DNA from: Dicyema japonicum
Taxonomy: Eukaryota > Animalia > Dicyemida
Length of the DNA stretch: 64,000 nucleotides
Assembly: GCA_011109175.1 (NCBI GenBank)
Contig: RDEW01000072.1
Coordinates: 122,355-186,354 of the forward strand
Direction of reading: 5' to 3'
The first letter of the stretch is position 1. Each line of letters starts with the position of its first letter. The notes under the pieces were generated by a model. The model had not been told where the DNA came from, searched no databases, and worked only from the letters and a program-made list of their open reading frames with translations. This document shows, in pieces, positions 1-12,919 of this stretch. Position numbers and translations under genes: made by a program.

Positions 1-819
1 ATAAGTTTTTATTCGTCGTGATTTCGCGTTAAATTTGAATTTATCAATTAGATCCAAGCAACGTGGAGGAAAGAAATGCAATAAGGGAGACTTGGGGGAA
101 TGCAAAAATGATGGAAAAAATAAATTCTAAACTTATCTTCTTTATGGGACAAAATATGGAGAGAAATACATTAAAGATAACAAAAAACGAACAAGAAATT
201 AACAATGATATCATTTTCAAGGATTTTCATGAAAATTATAGAAATTTGACTATAAAAGTTAGAAGTGCACTCATGTGGGCATTTTATGAGTTTATATTTT
301 TTGATCATTTCATAAAAATTGATGACGACGTATTTTTAAACATTGACAATATTATTCATTTTTTCGAACAAAACGTGGACAACAAGCCGATAGAACAGAG
401 TCCCTTCATGTTTTGTGCGATTAATAGTGGGTTTGAACCGGTAAGAGTTAATGAAAGTGAATGGTTTCCTTTAATATCTTAATTAAGGTATCTTTCTTAT
501 GCAGATTACCAACATTCAACCTATCCAGATTATTGTTCAGGACACATGTATTTAATGTCTAAGGAATGTATTTATCCAATCCTGAGTAACTGCAAAGATT
601 ATACTAAAATTAGAATCGAAGATGTTTACTTTTCAGGTTGAGTGATTTTAAACTATTACAGGTATCTGTAGAATACACAATAATATTACATTGCTTACAA
701 AAAATCAGTTTATTTTTGAGGAAGAATATAATATCTGCAAATTTGACAAATATATTTCAATCTACGAATTGGACGGAAATTTGATAAAAAAATTATTTAA
801 CAAATTTAAAAAATGTTAG
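1..819 (+). CDS. Beta-1,3-galactosyltransferase (GT31 family), 5'-partial, three micro-introns
   Basis: Removing GT-AG introns 28-51 (24 nt), 464-487 (24 nt) and 637-661 (25 nt) gives an uninterrupted frame: KFLFVVISHPSNVEERNAIRETW...FIKIDDDVFLN...YPDYCSGHMYLMS...IEDVYFSGIC...KKC* (TAG 817-819). All hallmark GT31 motifs (RxAIRxTW, DDD, YPxYCSG, EDVY) are present. Confidence 0.92.
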
Positions 820-1068
820 TTTGACCTATATTAAAATTATTGTTATTAGCAGCATGCATAAATTCATCCAAATAATTTTCAAAATTGAGATTATATCCTC
901 AAAAATTTGACCTAATCTTTTCCTCTTAACCTCTCATGTGAAAACCTATCATAAACTCGTGAATTAATTGCTATAGAACTGACAATATCCCAATTCATTA
1001 GTCTATTAACATGGGATCGATTTCAATGTTTCAAAATCCACGAGAATTTTGAAACCAAACCCGATCAT
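813..1068. repeat. Diverged ~255-bp dispersed direct repeat; second copy ~1809-2062
   Basis: Colinear shared blocks such as TGTTAGTTTGACC..ATATTAAAATTATT, CCTCTCATGTGAAAAC and TTTTGAAACCAAACCCGATCAT in both copies. Origin not identified. Confidence 0.75.
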
Positions 1069-2179
1069 TACAATCCCTTTTTTAACTGACTTATTTACTT
1101 CTTGTGAGTATTTCCCAAATTTTTGAATGAGTTATACTGCATTTAATCGAACAACTATTCCGAGGAGTTCCGCTAGACGTTACTGCTTTCAAGTCCTGAG
1201 GGAAAAAGGGATCTTCTAAATTTTTTTCATTCGTGCATTGAAGCTGTTTTTCTTGAATTTTAAAAATCAATATCAAAACTTACATGATTAAATTTAATAA
1301 CCTCCAGAGCGAATAGTGAATCATTTGGTATCACCATAGGTTTGGTAGGTTTATTGAGTTATGATCTGTGGAACACGATTCCGATCAGTTGGCGAATGTG
1401 GTTACTCAATTTCCTTTCTGACAACTTTGGAAGGTCCCTCTATTATGTTAGACTACTTTCTTTATACGAACTATCTTAAGGCTCGGCCCTTTTCTGCCTA
1501 GTTAATCTCAGATCAATTTTAACGAAAAACTATGACAAACTTCTCCTTTCTTACGTCTCTGAGATATAATCACAGCTTTTAAGTATTCCAAGAACATCTT
1601 GACAATATTTTCCCTAGTTCGGCATCAGATTTAATTCAAAAGAGACTATAACAATCTATACTACTGACAGTCTTCAGTTTAACCGAAACCAAGGTTTTTT
1701 AAACAACGCTTCCTTCTTGTTAAAAACACATGCTTTAGCTACAATTCCTTGATAAATTTAAAATGCCGGACCATTTGGACTACTGGCTGTATTTTCATAA
1801 TTTTGAAAAGTGTTAGTTTGACCAATATTAAAATTATTATTAGCAGCGACATAAAATCATCCAAATAATTTCCTATGTTGAGACCATTTCCCAAGAAATT
1901 TAGACCTAATCTTTGCCTCTCTACCTCTCATGTGAAAACTTATAAACTCAGGGAATTGAATGCAATGGAAAAGGACAATATACCAATTCATTCGTCTATT
2001 TATTTAGGATCGATATCGGTGATTTAAAAATCCTCAAGTATTTTGAAACCAAACCCGATCATGCTGCCGTTGACTAATCATTGAACGTTGTTCAAAAACT
2101 AAGCACATCACATAGTTTTATTACATTTAGACTGTTGTAGACGATATTTACTAGCATGACAACGGCTGAGTTCATCTCT

Positions 2180-3190
2180 TTGCTAGCGATCTAGTGCGAA
2201 ATTGTCAGGGGGCAAAAGAGCAGGCTTTTGATAAACAAGTGCCTATCTGTGTCTCACAGAAACTCACTTTTGTCTATGTTGGTGGATGTGAAGAAGGCTT
2301 ACGATTCAGTTGATCATTTTTACCTTTTCGAGTGCCTACACATGCTTTTTATACCTGTGTAGTCATAGGTTTTGTAATGGCAGTGATGAATAGCTGGAGA
2401 ATTTATCTGAACCATGATAGGCTCTGAATAGGCGAGGTAAACTCAAGAGGAGGATCGTTCAGGGGAATAGCATGTCTCCGATGCTCTTTGTTTTCGGTTA
2501 GGAGCCATTGAGTCGCAACCTCAATATTAGTTCATTGTTAGGAGGGATAGTTTCAATATAAATCACCTTCATTTTATCGATGACTGAAGATGTATGCTCG
2601 AACAGTCGAGAAGCTCAACTTCATGGGGGTCTATGCCATGGAATTCTTCGAAAAAATAAGACAAAATTTGAATTATTCAAAGTCTGCGACTAACACGCAA
2701 GTAAGTATCGAATTAGTCAGCGAACTAGAGAAAGGCGAAGGACATAAGTATTTGGATGTTAATGAAACTCCAAAGTCCCTTATAATGCCTAGACAAAACT
2801 ACAAATTACTGAAGGAATTTGTAAATGACCAGGATTATTATGAAAGACGTCTCTAAATGCATGGAATTTGTTCCTAGTAATTAATAAGTATGCTGTCTCG
2901 AAGCTAAATTACTACATAGGTGTTGTGGAGTTTAGCCCAAAGAGTATGATAAGATCTATGTTATAATATGTAGAGTACTCAAGAGAACCATGTCCATGTG
3001 CTGGCAGCTAATAAGAGACTATATTTACACCGTGATAAATTCGGCCGTGGACTGTGTGGACTAGTCCAACTAAGTAAGCGTATACTAATACGATTGCACA
3101 ACACCCGGATAGCTTGGTCAAAAGTGTCTGCTAGGAAGCACGTCAAAATAACGACCGGGATAACAAGGGCAGCTCACTTGGGCACTATCT
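2180..3190 (+). mobile_element. Decayed RT region of an R2/R4-like (REL-type) non-LTR retrotransposon
   Basis: Broken frames read RIVQGNSMSPMLFVFG*EPLSRNLN, HFIDD/KMYART, HKYLDV and KRLYLHRDKFGRGL, matching RT motifs (QGDSLSP, F/YxDD, RLYLPRxxGGRGL). Confidence 0.75.
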
Positions 3191-3789
3191 GACCTCTTTT
3201 GTTGGTTTAGTATGATGATGGTGGGCTATTAAATGTGAAAGCGTCGATCGAGTTATTTATGATACTGTAAACTCTCCCAATTTTGCTATTTTTGGTTCCA
3301 AAATTTTTGCGGAAAATTTTCACTAAAATTTGTATATTGAATAAAATGGAAAATCTGAGAATTGAAATATTTAAGAATTGGCAAATTTAAGGGAGTTCAC
3401 TGAATAATAATTTGATGGAAAAAATCAAGTTAAAAAGCTTTCATAAGGTCCTCTTCAGAGCATTAAACAACCTAAATGTCACCTTAAGTCGTCGACAATT
3501 TGCTAGAATACGGTGACAACTTACCTCGAAACGGTGTACACATATATGCATGATCGCAATATTTTTTGGGGTCGATCAACTAAAAACATAACTCCAATTT
3601 AAGTCAAGGAGAATGTCGGTTGATCATTTAGCCACTCGGTGCAGATCCAAAGTCTGCCATGACTATTTGTGGATCAGTAATGAGTCTCATTTTCTACTCT
3701 GCAATAAGTATGTCATTCGACACATCAGAAAGTTGCGGACTCCTAAGGTGCAATCTGTATTAGAAAACACCAGAATCCAAATTTAGGAA

Positions 3790-4945
3790 GACAGTGTTAT
3801 CCGTATATCGGTGCTAGTGTGTGCTAATTTGTTTACGATGACTCCAGACTACTCCCATTATTTTAAATGCCGCGACGCCCAATATTTACCTGTAAGTGAT
3901 TTCCTCATTTTCTCCTAGCAACGACCCAATTTTTTACATATCTCCATTTTTCATCAGTTTGGGTTAATTCACGGTGTATGGTTGTCGTCTCCGTCTCTTA
4001 CGTATTGATTTTGATGAACCATTTTTCTAGCACATCTGGCATCCTTGTCCGTATATAGGTTAATGTTTTCTCGTCGCTGGATATATAGTCGATATCATCT
4101 TTAATATTCTGAAGTCTCTTAGTACCACCTCCAGATATGTTACAAAAGTACCGATGACAAAGAATCTCACTGCTGTACCCTGAACGTTGTCTCGAATGGG
4201 GACAGACTCCAAATTTCCAAAAAGTACAAGTAGCCGCGTTGTTCTAAGTATTAGACGGATGATTCTGACACTGTCCTCGTTAAACCAAATTCTCGAGATG
4301 TCGAAAAGTCTTCCTCTGTGTATAGAGTCAAAGGCTTTGGACATGTCCATGTCAAGGATGCCAGGCATGCCAAATGAACTCTAAGCTGTCTTCTGTGTAA
4401 CGCTTCGAGAGCCGTCGATTCTGCAGTCGAAAATTCCCAAGTACTAGCATTATATGTTACTATTGGTTTCACAAATACATTAAATATGCGCATCAGTAGA
4501 TTAACATCAAGTCCTTTGAGTCATCTCTTTTTGACTTTTTGCATTTTCTCTTGTAAGTGTCATCCTTTTATGATGTCTTCTGCATTTCAAGAATGGATCC
4601 AAAATTGTTCACTTGTCGCCAATGTTCGTCCAGGATGTTGTCCATTTTCTAATTTCGATATTGTCCTGATTTAAGAATAGGAATTATTTACTCAATTTGT
4701 CCTGTGCATTTTTCATTAGATGTGAGAGAGCTTTTGTATCCTCAGATATGAATTCTACATTATCTGCGTAAACCACTTCCTTCATTTTCGTTCTTTGATC
4801 CCATAGTGCGGCTTCGATATATTTCACAAATTGTAAGGGAAGGAGAGAATTTCCTTAAAGAGTGCCGATTGTAGTGATGAAAGGCCTGGATAGTTCTTCC
4901 AATCCTGACTGAAAGCTCAGTACTAGAGAGCAGTACTCGTTACTC
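3790..4945 (-). mobile_element. RTE-like LINE RT fragment (family recurring across the window)
   Basis: Minus frames read DMSKAFDSIHRGRLF, NVFVKPIVTYNASTW and HRRQLRVHL. Clear nucleotide similarity to 11645-11970, 14520-15010 and 20530-21410. Confidence 0.75.
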
Positions 4946-5559
4946 CACAAAATTAAATATTTCATATTCTTGTTTTTACGTTAATCAAGTATTTTTACGG
5001 TAAATTTATGGCAATATAAATTTCATACATAATTTAAAGTTAAAAAATGTTTCCCTACTCTGTAAGTAGCAGCAATTCGAGGGAAAAAGTATTTTTAAAA
5101 TCAAAAAGACAACGTGGATTTCTTTAAAAGAATACAAAACTCTGGATTATTCTCAGAAAGCCACGAGATCGTTAAAAAATAAATCAAATTTCGAGATGCT
5201 AAAGAATAATAAAATACTCTATGAGTAAAATTAACCTATCTTATTAGTCTTTCAAAAAAAATTTTGTCACTTTCCTGAATTCGGAAAAAGCTGTAGTAAG
5301 TATGAATTTGGGAATTATAAATCTCATTTATCATTACTAAAAACTGAACTTTTTTGTTTCGAAGATTTGATATATTTCAATATTCTATCAGTGCATAATT
5401 CAAATCAACAGTTTTTTTTGGTTTTGAATTATGACCTCAAACTAATGCATCTTATAAATTTAGATTAAAGAACATTTTCATTTTATTTATTTATTTATTT
5501 ATTTTAAACAATTTATAAATTGGTCGATACAATTGGAGGAACAACTTGAAAATCGAATC

Positions 5560-5710
5560 GCTTACTAAAGAAACTTGGAGTCCTAGCTACAATAAAAAGC
5601 CACGACGCACTTGATACCCGGTGACTTCTCCAGTTGATCTCTGTTGCAATCTTGAGAGACAACGCAAAGTCGATAATGTCGGCGGAGATCACTTTGGATG
5701 GATGGCTGTG
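5560..5710 (+). mobile_element. CRE-like retroelement 3' tip
   Basis: Frame SVAILRDNAKSIMSA matches the C-terminal S(I/V)AIxRGNA motif seen in the better copy at 28785-29250. Confidence 0.5.
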
Positions 5711-6984
5711 TTAATTAATTATTAATTATTATGTTAACGAACTAGATACTTAAAAGCAAAAAAAGTAAATATACTCATGAAAGTGGAAATTGTTGGATGG
5801 TCGTGATATTTCATAATTAGCGGAAAACCAATGATAATAGCACCTAGAGCAAAAATCCTAATCGTCTAAAATACATAATAGGTCGAGGCGATTAAGAGTT
5901 TCCCGTTTGCAAATAATGAAGCGAGATGTTGATTCTAATGTGGAAGTTAGTTCAACAAAAATATCGTGGTTATGAGTGATTAAATCAAAGACGAAAGCGC
6001 ATAGAGAGCAACAAGTTTCCTTCTTCGAATAGATACTTCCGAAGAACTGTGATCTTCAGTTTGTTCACTCGAACCTTAATTCGAGGCCTCTCACGTTTGA
6101 TTATAAAAAGCCTGGCAGCGAAAATACTTCTAAAAACGATCTAATTTTGAATATCATTGAAGTGTAGAAAGACCCCTTTCCATTGCTGTTAAGCTCGTTA
6201 AGAGAGCGAACGTAACAAACCTTAATAACGTTACTCTAAAGATATTTTTTAGAACGGGAGCATCCACAGTTGAAACTTCAGGGTTTTAGGAAACAAAAGG
6301 AACGCTCAAATTTCAGGTGTTTTAGAGAGCATTGACACTCTAATTCACGCCGCAATCGAATTCCCGCGTTCGTTGATTTTTCTTACTTGGAAAGTATAAG
6401 TAAAATTTCATTGAATTCAAATCAATCTAATACTGGTATGAAATCTTGTTTTCAATGCTACTGTCTATATAAGTTTTGTCACTTCTCGGTGTTATAGTCT
6501 TAATCAGCTTCTTGAGTGCTTTATCTGTTAAAAAATGAGGTTATAACTTTTTTATTGAATATTCTTTCATTGATGAATCGGATGACCTTCTCCAACGTCA
6601 CGTTTATGTTAATTTGTATAACTAAAACTTTGAGGTCACAAAAATTAAGACAGAATGTTATTCGACTCTTTGAGAATTGAAAAATTATTTTAAACAGCCT
6701 TGGGCTGATGCACCTGTGACAAGCGTGGGAAAATTTTTCTGTGGAATACCAAACCCACAAAAATAGGTGTATATTCATCCACACCTTCTATTGAACGCGA
6801 TTAGCTTGGCTGAGAACACTATGTGGATAATGGTTTCAAGTATGTCCTGGGGAAACCTTCCAGTCTTTCACTGCTACTTGAAACGAAAGAGTGTATCCCA
6901 CCTTTCACGTCCTTTTTTAAAACAAATTATAATTATAGGACTTTTGAAAAACCAAAATATTAATTTATTAATTAAGGTTCCGCT

Positions 6985-7300
6985 TGTGGTGTATTCTTCT
7001 TCAGGTTATTCTTTCTCCCAAATTCTTTTAACTAACTACCTCCATGCTCCACAGTTACTGGCAATTGTTCTGAGCGTATCCAAATCGTCTCCTGTTATTA
7101 ACTTTTGTGTTACATTGGTCAGGTCCTTGTGTAGAACCTCTGGCAAAGTTATGCGAGGTTTTCCACGAACGAGGTATTCACTTCTGAGGCAGAAATAGTT
7201 CTCCGTTGCTATTGTAGCAAAGCGTCCATCTGGCCTCATCTGAAAAAATGTGACCAAAATAACGCCATCTTGATTCAAAAATATTCAGACTCAATGGTCT
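6985..7300 (-). mobile_element. RTE-like LINE 3' fragment
   Basis: ORF ...RGKPRITLPEVLHKDL...GDDLDTLRTIASNCGAWR parallels RGRPRTTLPAILDEDL...GDDLDMLRNMATDRKRW at 14787-15023. Confidence 0.7.
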
Positions 7301-7689
7301 TGTACTACATATTTGTATAGATTCTGTGTAATTTTTTTGCCAATTGATGCCAAGTTTGTTAACGAAAATACGGAATTGACTTTTTTTCGTTTTATAAGTT
7401 AAGATTTTTATTCATGATCGTTTCATTTTAAAGTAAGAGTTAGAATAACAAATTATTTAAATAGTAATTTTGGCTAATGTTAATGCTATGGCTTGTAATT
7501 GCATTAAAATCTCCCACCACAACTAAACTACACGTGGTGGAAATAAATTCTAAAAATAAAACAGTTTTTTTCTACTTCTAAAAAGATTTTAATTATTTAA
7601 AATGTTATAAACATAGGATTTGTATTTAGCTTGAATCAAAAGGATATTTTATTGTGAATCAAAAAAAATTTAATATTCCATGGAATTGC

Positions 7690-8047
7690 TTTTAGGGCTA
7701 CTACTGTTTTTTACCGTCCTGGCGATCCAGACATATATTAAATAGCCTTTTTTGTCTATCAATCGTTTTTTATTGTTCTTGTTGATATTCTTTATCCAAA
7801 GGAATCCTGGTCAATAATAGTTTTTCGTCATTTTTTCTCTTTTTTGGAATGACGATGTAATATTCCATATCGATGGATTGACGATATCCGTCAAATTGTA
7901 TAAATTTATTGTTCCACCCTTCACAATAATAATTTGTTCTTTGTGTATTATTGAGTGTATCTTTGTACACATTCCATAAATTTGGAGGAAACAAGGGAGC
8001 AATGTGCTGTATTCTAACAGCTAAGGGGTTTTCTTGATCATTTAAGC
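7690..8047 (-). mobile_element. MULE/Mutator transposase C-terminal remnant; frame resumes at 10345-10420 beyond the hAT insertion
   Basis: PLFPPNLWNVYKDTLNNTQRTNYYCEGWNNKF and NPSIW match the MULE C-terminal motif PLFPPxxWN...RTNNxxEGWNN...HPSIW. Across the insertion the frame reads IDYFE*TYFRGYYRC|LNDQENPLAVRI. Confidence 0.8.
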
Positions 8048-10336
8048 CAGAGATTCTCAACCTTTTTACTCGTCGACCTTCCTAATATTTAATCGACCCC
8101 TTAAAACTTTTTTAATTAGGACAGACGATTCTAAGTAAAATTAGTTAACTATCTAAAATGAATTCATAGTTTATAATCGGGTGGCTGTTACCTCTGACTA
8201 CTGCCAGGGATATCCTTTGGAAAAGCCACTCGGTTTCCCGACGCTCCCTCGAGGCTTTGGTCAATAGACACCCAAGTGCTCTAAGGAAGAGACCGTCTTG
8301 GGGCCAAAGACTCCGCTCGTCTCGACGACCACTGGCTGTACATGGATAAATTGTTACAGTTAATAATCAAACAAAAAAGTATATACTCGATGTTAATTTG
8401 GTATCTTGGCATAAATCTATAATAAAAAAATTAAATACAATTGGATTTCTGTGATTGATGTTTTCACCAAAGATTCGATATCTGGCTCTATTTGTGTTAT
8501 TTTTAAACGAAACATCTCCGTAATGGAAACATCAAATCTGTTCGTTCTTTATTTACAATTCGATGTAGAGTGCTAAATCCGCTTTCAACACAGTATGATG
8601 TCGGAAAATAGAGTAGCAACTGTGCTATTTCTGTCCACAATTTTAAACAACTGTCACTTTCATATTTTGCGAAAAAATAACGAGTGATTGTGAATCAATT
8701 ATAATATAGTTTTAATTCTGGATTGAATTTTAACATAAATCCTTTTGAATATTTTATTTTTGTTTTCTGGCTTTGACAAAAACGGATTAATTATCCAAGA
8801 TGGAATTTCTAATTCAAGAATATCTTGGAATTGAAGAATCAAATCTTTTTCTAAACTTAATAAATGTTGCAAAAAGTTGTAATATCTTCATCAAATGTTT
8901 GACCAATTGAATGAAATTCGGGAATGTTTTTAATAATTTATTTTTTTCAAGTTATATTTATATAACTTAATTTTTCGATAAATATTTGAATAATTCTTGT
9001 ACAATCTATTAGCCGTCATACTTCTCTGAATTCTAAAAAACTTTATTAAATTTTTACAAAAATCCAAGTCAAATAAACAATTTCTTTCTTTTTCAATACA
9101 AATAAATCTGCTAAATTTTTATCACCCTCAGAAGTTAGAAAATTTACGATTGTGTCAAATAATATTGAAAATCGTTCTAATGCATTTTCCTTGATAACCA
9201 TCGCTACCTATAAATAATATCGAAACTACAACCTCAGTGTGAAGCAACAAGACGGACATGTGCCTTATAGCAAAATTTTCTATAAAGACGATCATACTTT
9301 GCTGTTTGCTTTAATTTTGTTTATGGTTTTAATAACTATATTTACCGTTGCATGTAGAATTGGCAAAAGAGCTTTTGAAACCAAATGGCACAAGAAACCA
9401 AATTTTCATATGGAATCTTCTTGTCAACCAAAAATAATTTGACTAGAAAAATAGAAAATCTAGTCGTATCAGTTTCCAAAAAATTGACGAATAATATATC
9501 TTCTGTAAGAAGAGCATGATCGTCAAAATATCTTAGAATTGATTGGTTGGATGTCACATTATGATTTTGTCAATTTGAAGCGAAAAAAATAGTATTTTTA
9601 AGCCTTCCATAAAATATGTTCAAAATTATCTGACATTTCGTCAATTGCGGCGAATTGAATCATTGCTAATTGCATAGATTTTAAAATTTCGTCGGGATTT
9701 AAACCCATCAAGATCTGATAGAATCACTGATGTAGATGGTTTGATGAGATTTTCACCAAAAACATTGGGAACTTCTCATTTTTGGCAATAATCATTGCAA
9801 TTTTATAGGATGCAATTAGTCCTCTAAATTGTAATTTAAAATAACAACTACAGTTTCTTTCATAACTATTTGTAAAAACAGTGTCAATCGTTTTTTTGTT
9901 TCGAAAAAAATCCTTTAATTCCTCAAATATTCTAATGGTTTATCTTTTTTATCGAATGTTTTCTCTAAGATGATCCAACAATTTGTACGGTTTCATTGCA
10001 TCATTGATGATGACTTACTACACAGTAAGCAATGTGGTCAATTATCAAAAGAAATTTTTTATAAATCCAAATGCCAAATATTCATTTTTATATTGACGTA
10101 TTTTTAATGTAGAAGGACGACTCATGCACAAACAAAAACAAGCATGGTAATTTTAAAAATTTTAAAGAACAAAGGTTTACCACTTTAAAATAAACTAACT
10201 TAATATAAAATGAAAAATTAAAATTATACTAAATTTATTTTTGACCCCCACAGTATTTCATTTTCGACCCCCTTACGATCGATCTGGATTGATTTAGACC
10301 CCTGGGGGTCGAATCGACCCCAGGTTTAGAACGCTG
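8048..10336 (-). mobile_element. Full-length decayed hAT (Buster/Charlie-type) DNA transposon with TIRs and 8-bp TSD
   Basis: Imperfect TIRs: CAGAGATTCTCAACC (8048-8062) and reverse-complement CAGCGTTCTAAACC (10323-10336). Identical TSD ATTTAAGC at 8040-8047 and 10337-10344, with central TA. Transposase remnants in order: YLAFGFI..PHCLLC, IDEMSDN, RYFDD..EDILF..LETDTT, RWLSR, HLLSLEKDL..FQDILELEIPSWIINPF, LLLYFPTSYCVESGFS. Confidence 0.9.
8150..8345 (-). mobile_element. CRE-like retroelement 3' fragment nested in the hAT element
   Basis: PVVVETSGVFGPKT...RERRETEWLFQRISLAVVRGNSHPI. Confidence 0.75.
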
Positions 10337-10459
10337 ATTTAAGCAACGATAATAACCGCGAAAATATGTTCATTCAAAATAATCTATATATATTTTGAAT
10401 CTGGAACATTTTCTGGTATATTATTCATTAGGAATTCTATTTATTAATCCATATCTTGA

Positions 10460-11290
10460 ATCGGGTAAAAACGCAAGAGCGTCTATCAATGGGCAAAATT
10501 TAAAAATGGTATAATACCCGCCATGAATATATTAAACAAAATAGGGCTCAATACCGAACCTTGTGGTACTCCCCTCTTGAATAATATTGCATCGGATATA
10601 TTCCACACACCTTCACAAAAGATTGTCTTTCCTGAAGATAATTTCTAAGCCAAACAAATAGGTATCTTGTAACACATGCTGATACAAGCTGCTTTAACAG
10701 TGCTCCATGGCATACACTGTCGAATGCTTTTGAGATATCAAGACATAAGTTTATTTGCCTCTTGGAATCCCTTGCTTTATGATTTCAGAATTTAGTAGAA
10801 TGAAACAGTCTGCACAGCCTCTTCCGGGACGAAAACCCACTGCTCCGGAATCAAAAAGTTATTTTCTTCTATATGTCTGCGTAGCCTTTTGAAAATGATA
10901 CGTTTAATCACTTTTGCAAAAGAACATACTAAGCTAATTGGTCTTTAGCTTGCCGGATCACTCTTTGGCTTCCCTGGTTTTGGAATCATCGTCACAACAG
11001 CTTTCTTCCATATTAAAAGAAGGTGGCCAAGTCGTAAACACGCATCATAAAGACATTGTAGATAGTCAAATAAAATATCCGACCCTCTTGATAAGTTTCA
11101 TTGATATGTGGTCATATCCTGGAGCATTGATTTTGCATTCCCTGATAGCTGTCATCACTTCAAAGATGCTGACAGTGCTATCAGCAATAGGCAGTTCCTC
11201 GTCGGATTGTTTAAATATATCGGCAAAACCTTTTAACATAAGCCACACCTTGGATTATTTTGGAGCTGATCCCAGGCAAGTATAATATTT
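10460..11290 (-). mobile_element. APE-class LINE (CR1/L2/Jockey-type) RT fragment
   Basis: NAPGYDHISMKLIK, GFRPGR, SKAFDSV, WLRNYLQERQ and RGVPQGSVLSPILFNIFM in broken minus frames. Confidence 0.75.
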
Positions 11291-11354
11291 AAGATACGCT
11301 TAATTATAACTTTGAAATCCGTAATTGATTAAGTCAAAAGATTAAACCAAAGTG

Positions 11355-11641
11355 AAAAAAGTCAAGTCATTTTATTAATACTTTGAAATTCTTAAATTGA
11401 TTTATTCAAAGAGATTATACCTAAATTTTGTTAACGGACTTGACTTTTTTTTCTGTTTTGACTAAATTTCGTAAATTTATAAGGGAAAATTTAAGATAAT
11501 TGGAAAAAAAATCAGATAGAAAAAGTCAAGTGTTAAAAAAATGTTAAGAATTATAAAATGCTAGTAGTATCACAAAAATGCGATGTAAACTAAAAAAGAC
11601 AACTTGACTTTTTTTCTGCTTGACTTTTTTTTCCGCACTCC
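11355..11641. repeat. Cluster of AAAAAAGTCAAG / CTTGACTTTTTT motifs in both orientations; possible MULE terminal region
   Basis: About five copies between 11355 and 11635, ending in CCGCACTCCC. The same TTGACTTTTTTT motif occurs at ~7377 on the far side of the MULE remnant. Confidence 0.35.
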
Positions 11642-11644
11642 CTA

Positions 11645-11970
11645 GTTTGTCCATTACCGATTGTGAGACTCCCCAGGTTGCAGCGTTGTACATTAGGACC
11701 GGTTTCACGAAGGCATTGTATAGTCCTACACGTAATGTGTGCTAATTTGTTTACGATGATTCCAGAATTCTACCATTTTTCTAAAGGCCGCAACCAATAT
11801 TTTTCTGTTAGTGATATCCTCAGCGTCTCCGAGCAATGACCCCAATTTTTACAGTATCTTCATTTTTCATCAGTTCGGGTTAATTCACGGCGTATGGTTG
11901 TTGTCTCCGTATTTTCCCTATTGATTTTGATGAACTATTTTTTTAGCACATCTGGCATCCTTGTCCGTAC
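11645..11970 (-). mobile_element. RTE-like LINE fragment
   Basis: Near-colinear with 3800-4055 (GTGTGCTAATTTGTTTACGATGA.TCCAGA ... CACATCTGGCATCCTTGTCCGTA). Confidence 0.75.
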
Positions 11971-12204
11971 AGTCCGACCCCAAAATGGGTAGATTCAGAG
12001 GTGGGGCATCTTTTTACAAATCAACATTTTGGCAGAATAAAATGAAAATCAATAAAAAATTATGGAAATTTTGTGGCATCGAAAAATCATTTATTAACAA
12101 TTTTTGAAATAATAAAATTATAATAAATTAATATTTTATCGTTTTGTTTTCAATTTTCATTTTTGTTGTGGTTATGTATTACGGTTTTATTTGCCGCGAG
12201 GAGC

Positions 12205-12510
12205 CATGTGGTTCTGCGTGGTCAATTGGTTTAAATTTTCTGCTTGCTTGTTTGTTTCTCCTCTCTTCCTAATAGAGTGGCGTCATGTGATCACCTGTCT
12301 AGTGACGCCCAGTGCTCGCCGGCATGAAAAAGGATCATTTGCGCTTCCCCACTCCACTGGAGGGGTTTCCACAACTGCATGTAATGGACGTCTTACCTTT
12401 TATGCTGATTCCGGATGGACTCTGTTTCTGAAGGAGTGGAAACTGGATACACTTAATTAGTTGTTTACTTTAACTTCTTTCTCGGTGTATCCGGGGTTAA
12501 TAAATAATAA
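12205..12510 (+). mobile_element. Short non-autonomous element (SINE/SIDER-like) with HDV-like pseudoknot at 12279-12337 and LINE-type 3' tail
   Basis: Colinear with 42586-42892. The 5' fold matches 15074-15132. It ends in ATCCGGGGTTAATAAATAATAAT, like the I/Ingi-type LINE tails (ATCCTGGGGGTAATAATAA). Confidence 0.7.
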
Positions 12511-12919
12511 TCTAAAATTTAGATCGGTCACCAATGAAAAGAAAATTGAAAAAATTTTTTTTGAGAATGATAAAAATAATGAAATCAAAAAATCTAGTTG
12601 TAAAATGCGTAGAATTCAAACGATTACATTAATTTTAGACAAGGTTTATTATAACTTCAAGAAATGTGGTTATTTAATCAGAAGGTTTCCGTGAAAGCTG
12701 AAATCTCTGTTTACTTTTTCTTCTAGAAGTGTCCTGGTTTATAAACTTGAACACCATATAACAGGCTATGAGCTAATGAACCTCATTATAGGCTAGGTAA
12801 CTTAGTGGTCAAAAATACTATAACAATCATCGTTTTCAATTTTTTTTTCTGGCTACTTGGTCAAAGGTTTCTTTTTCTTCTCCCATGTACTTAAATGTCA
12901 GGCAAAGGAAGAACTAATG

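Noticed and set aside
6520-6960. WD40-like snippet CTCDKRGKIFLWNTK and neighbouring ORFs
   Set aside because: I could not splice it into a continuous frame; stops occur on both sides. Too weak to call.
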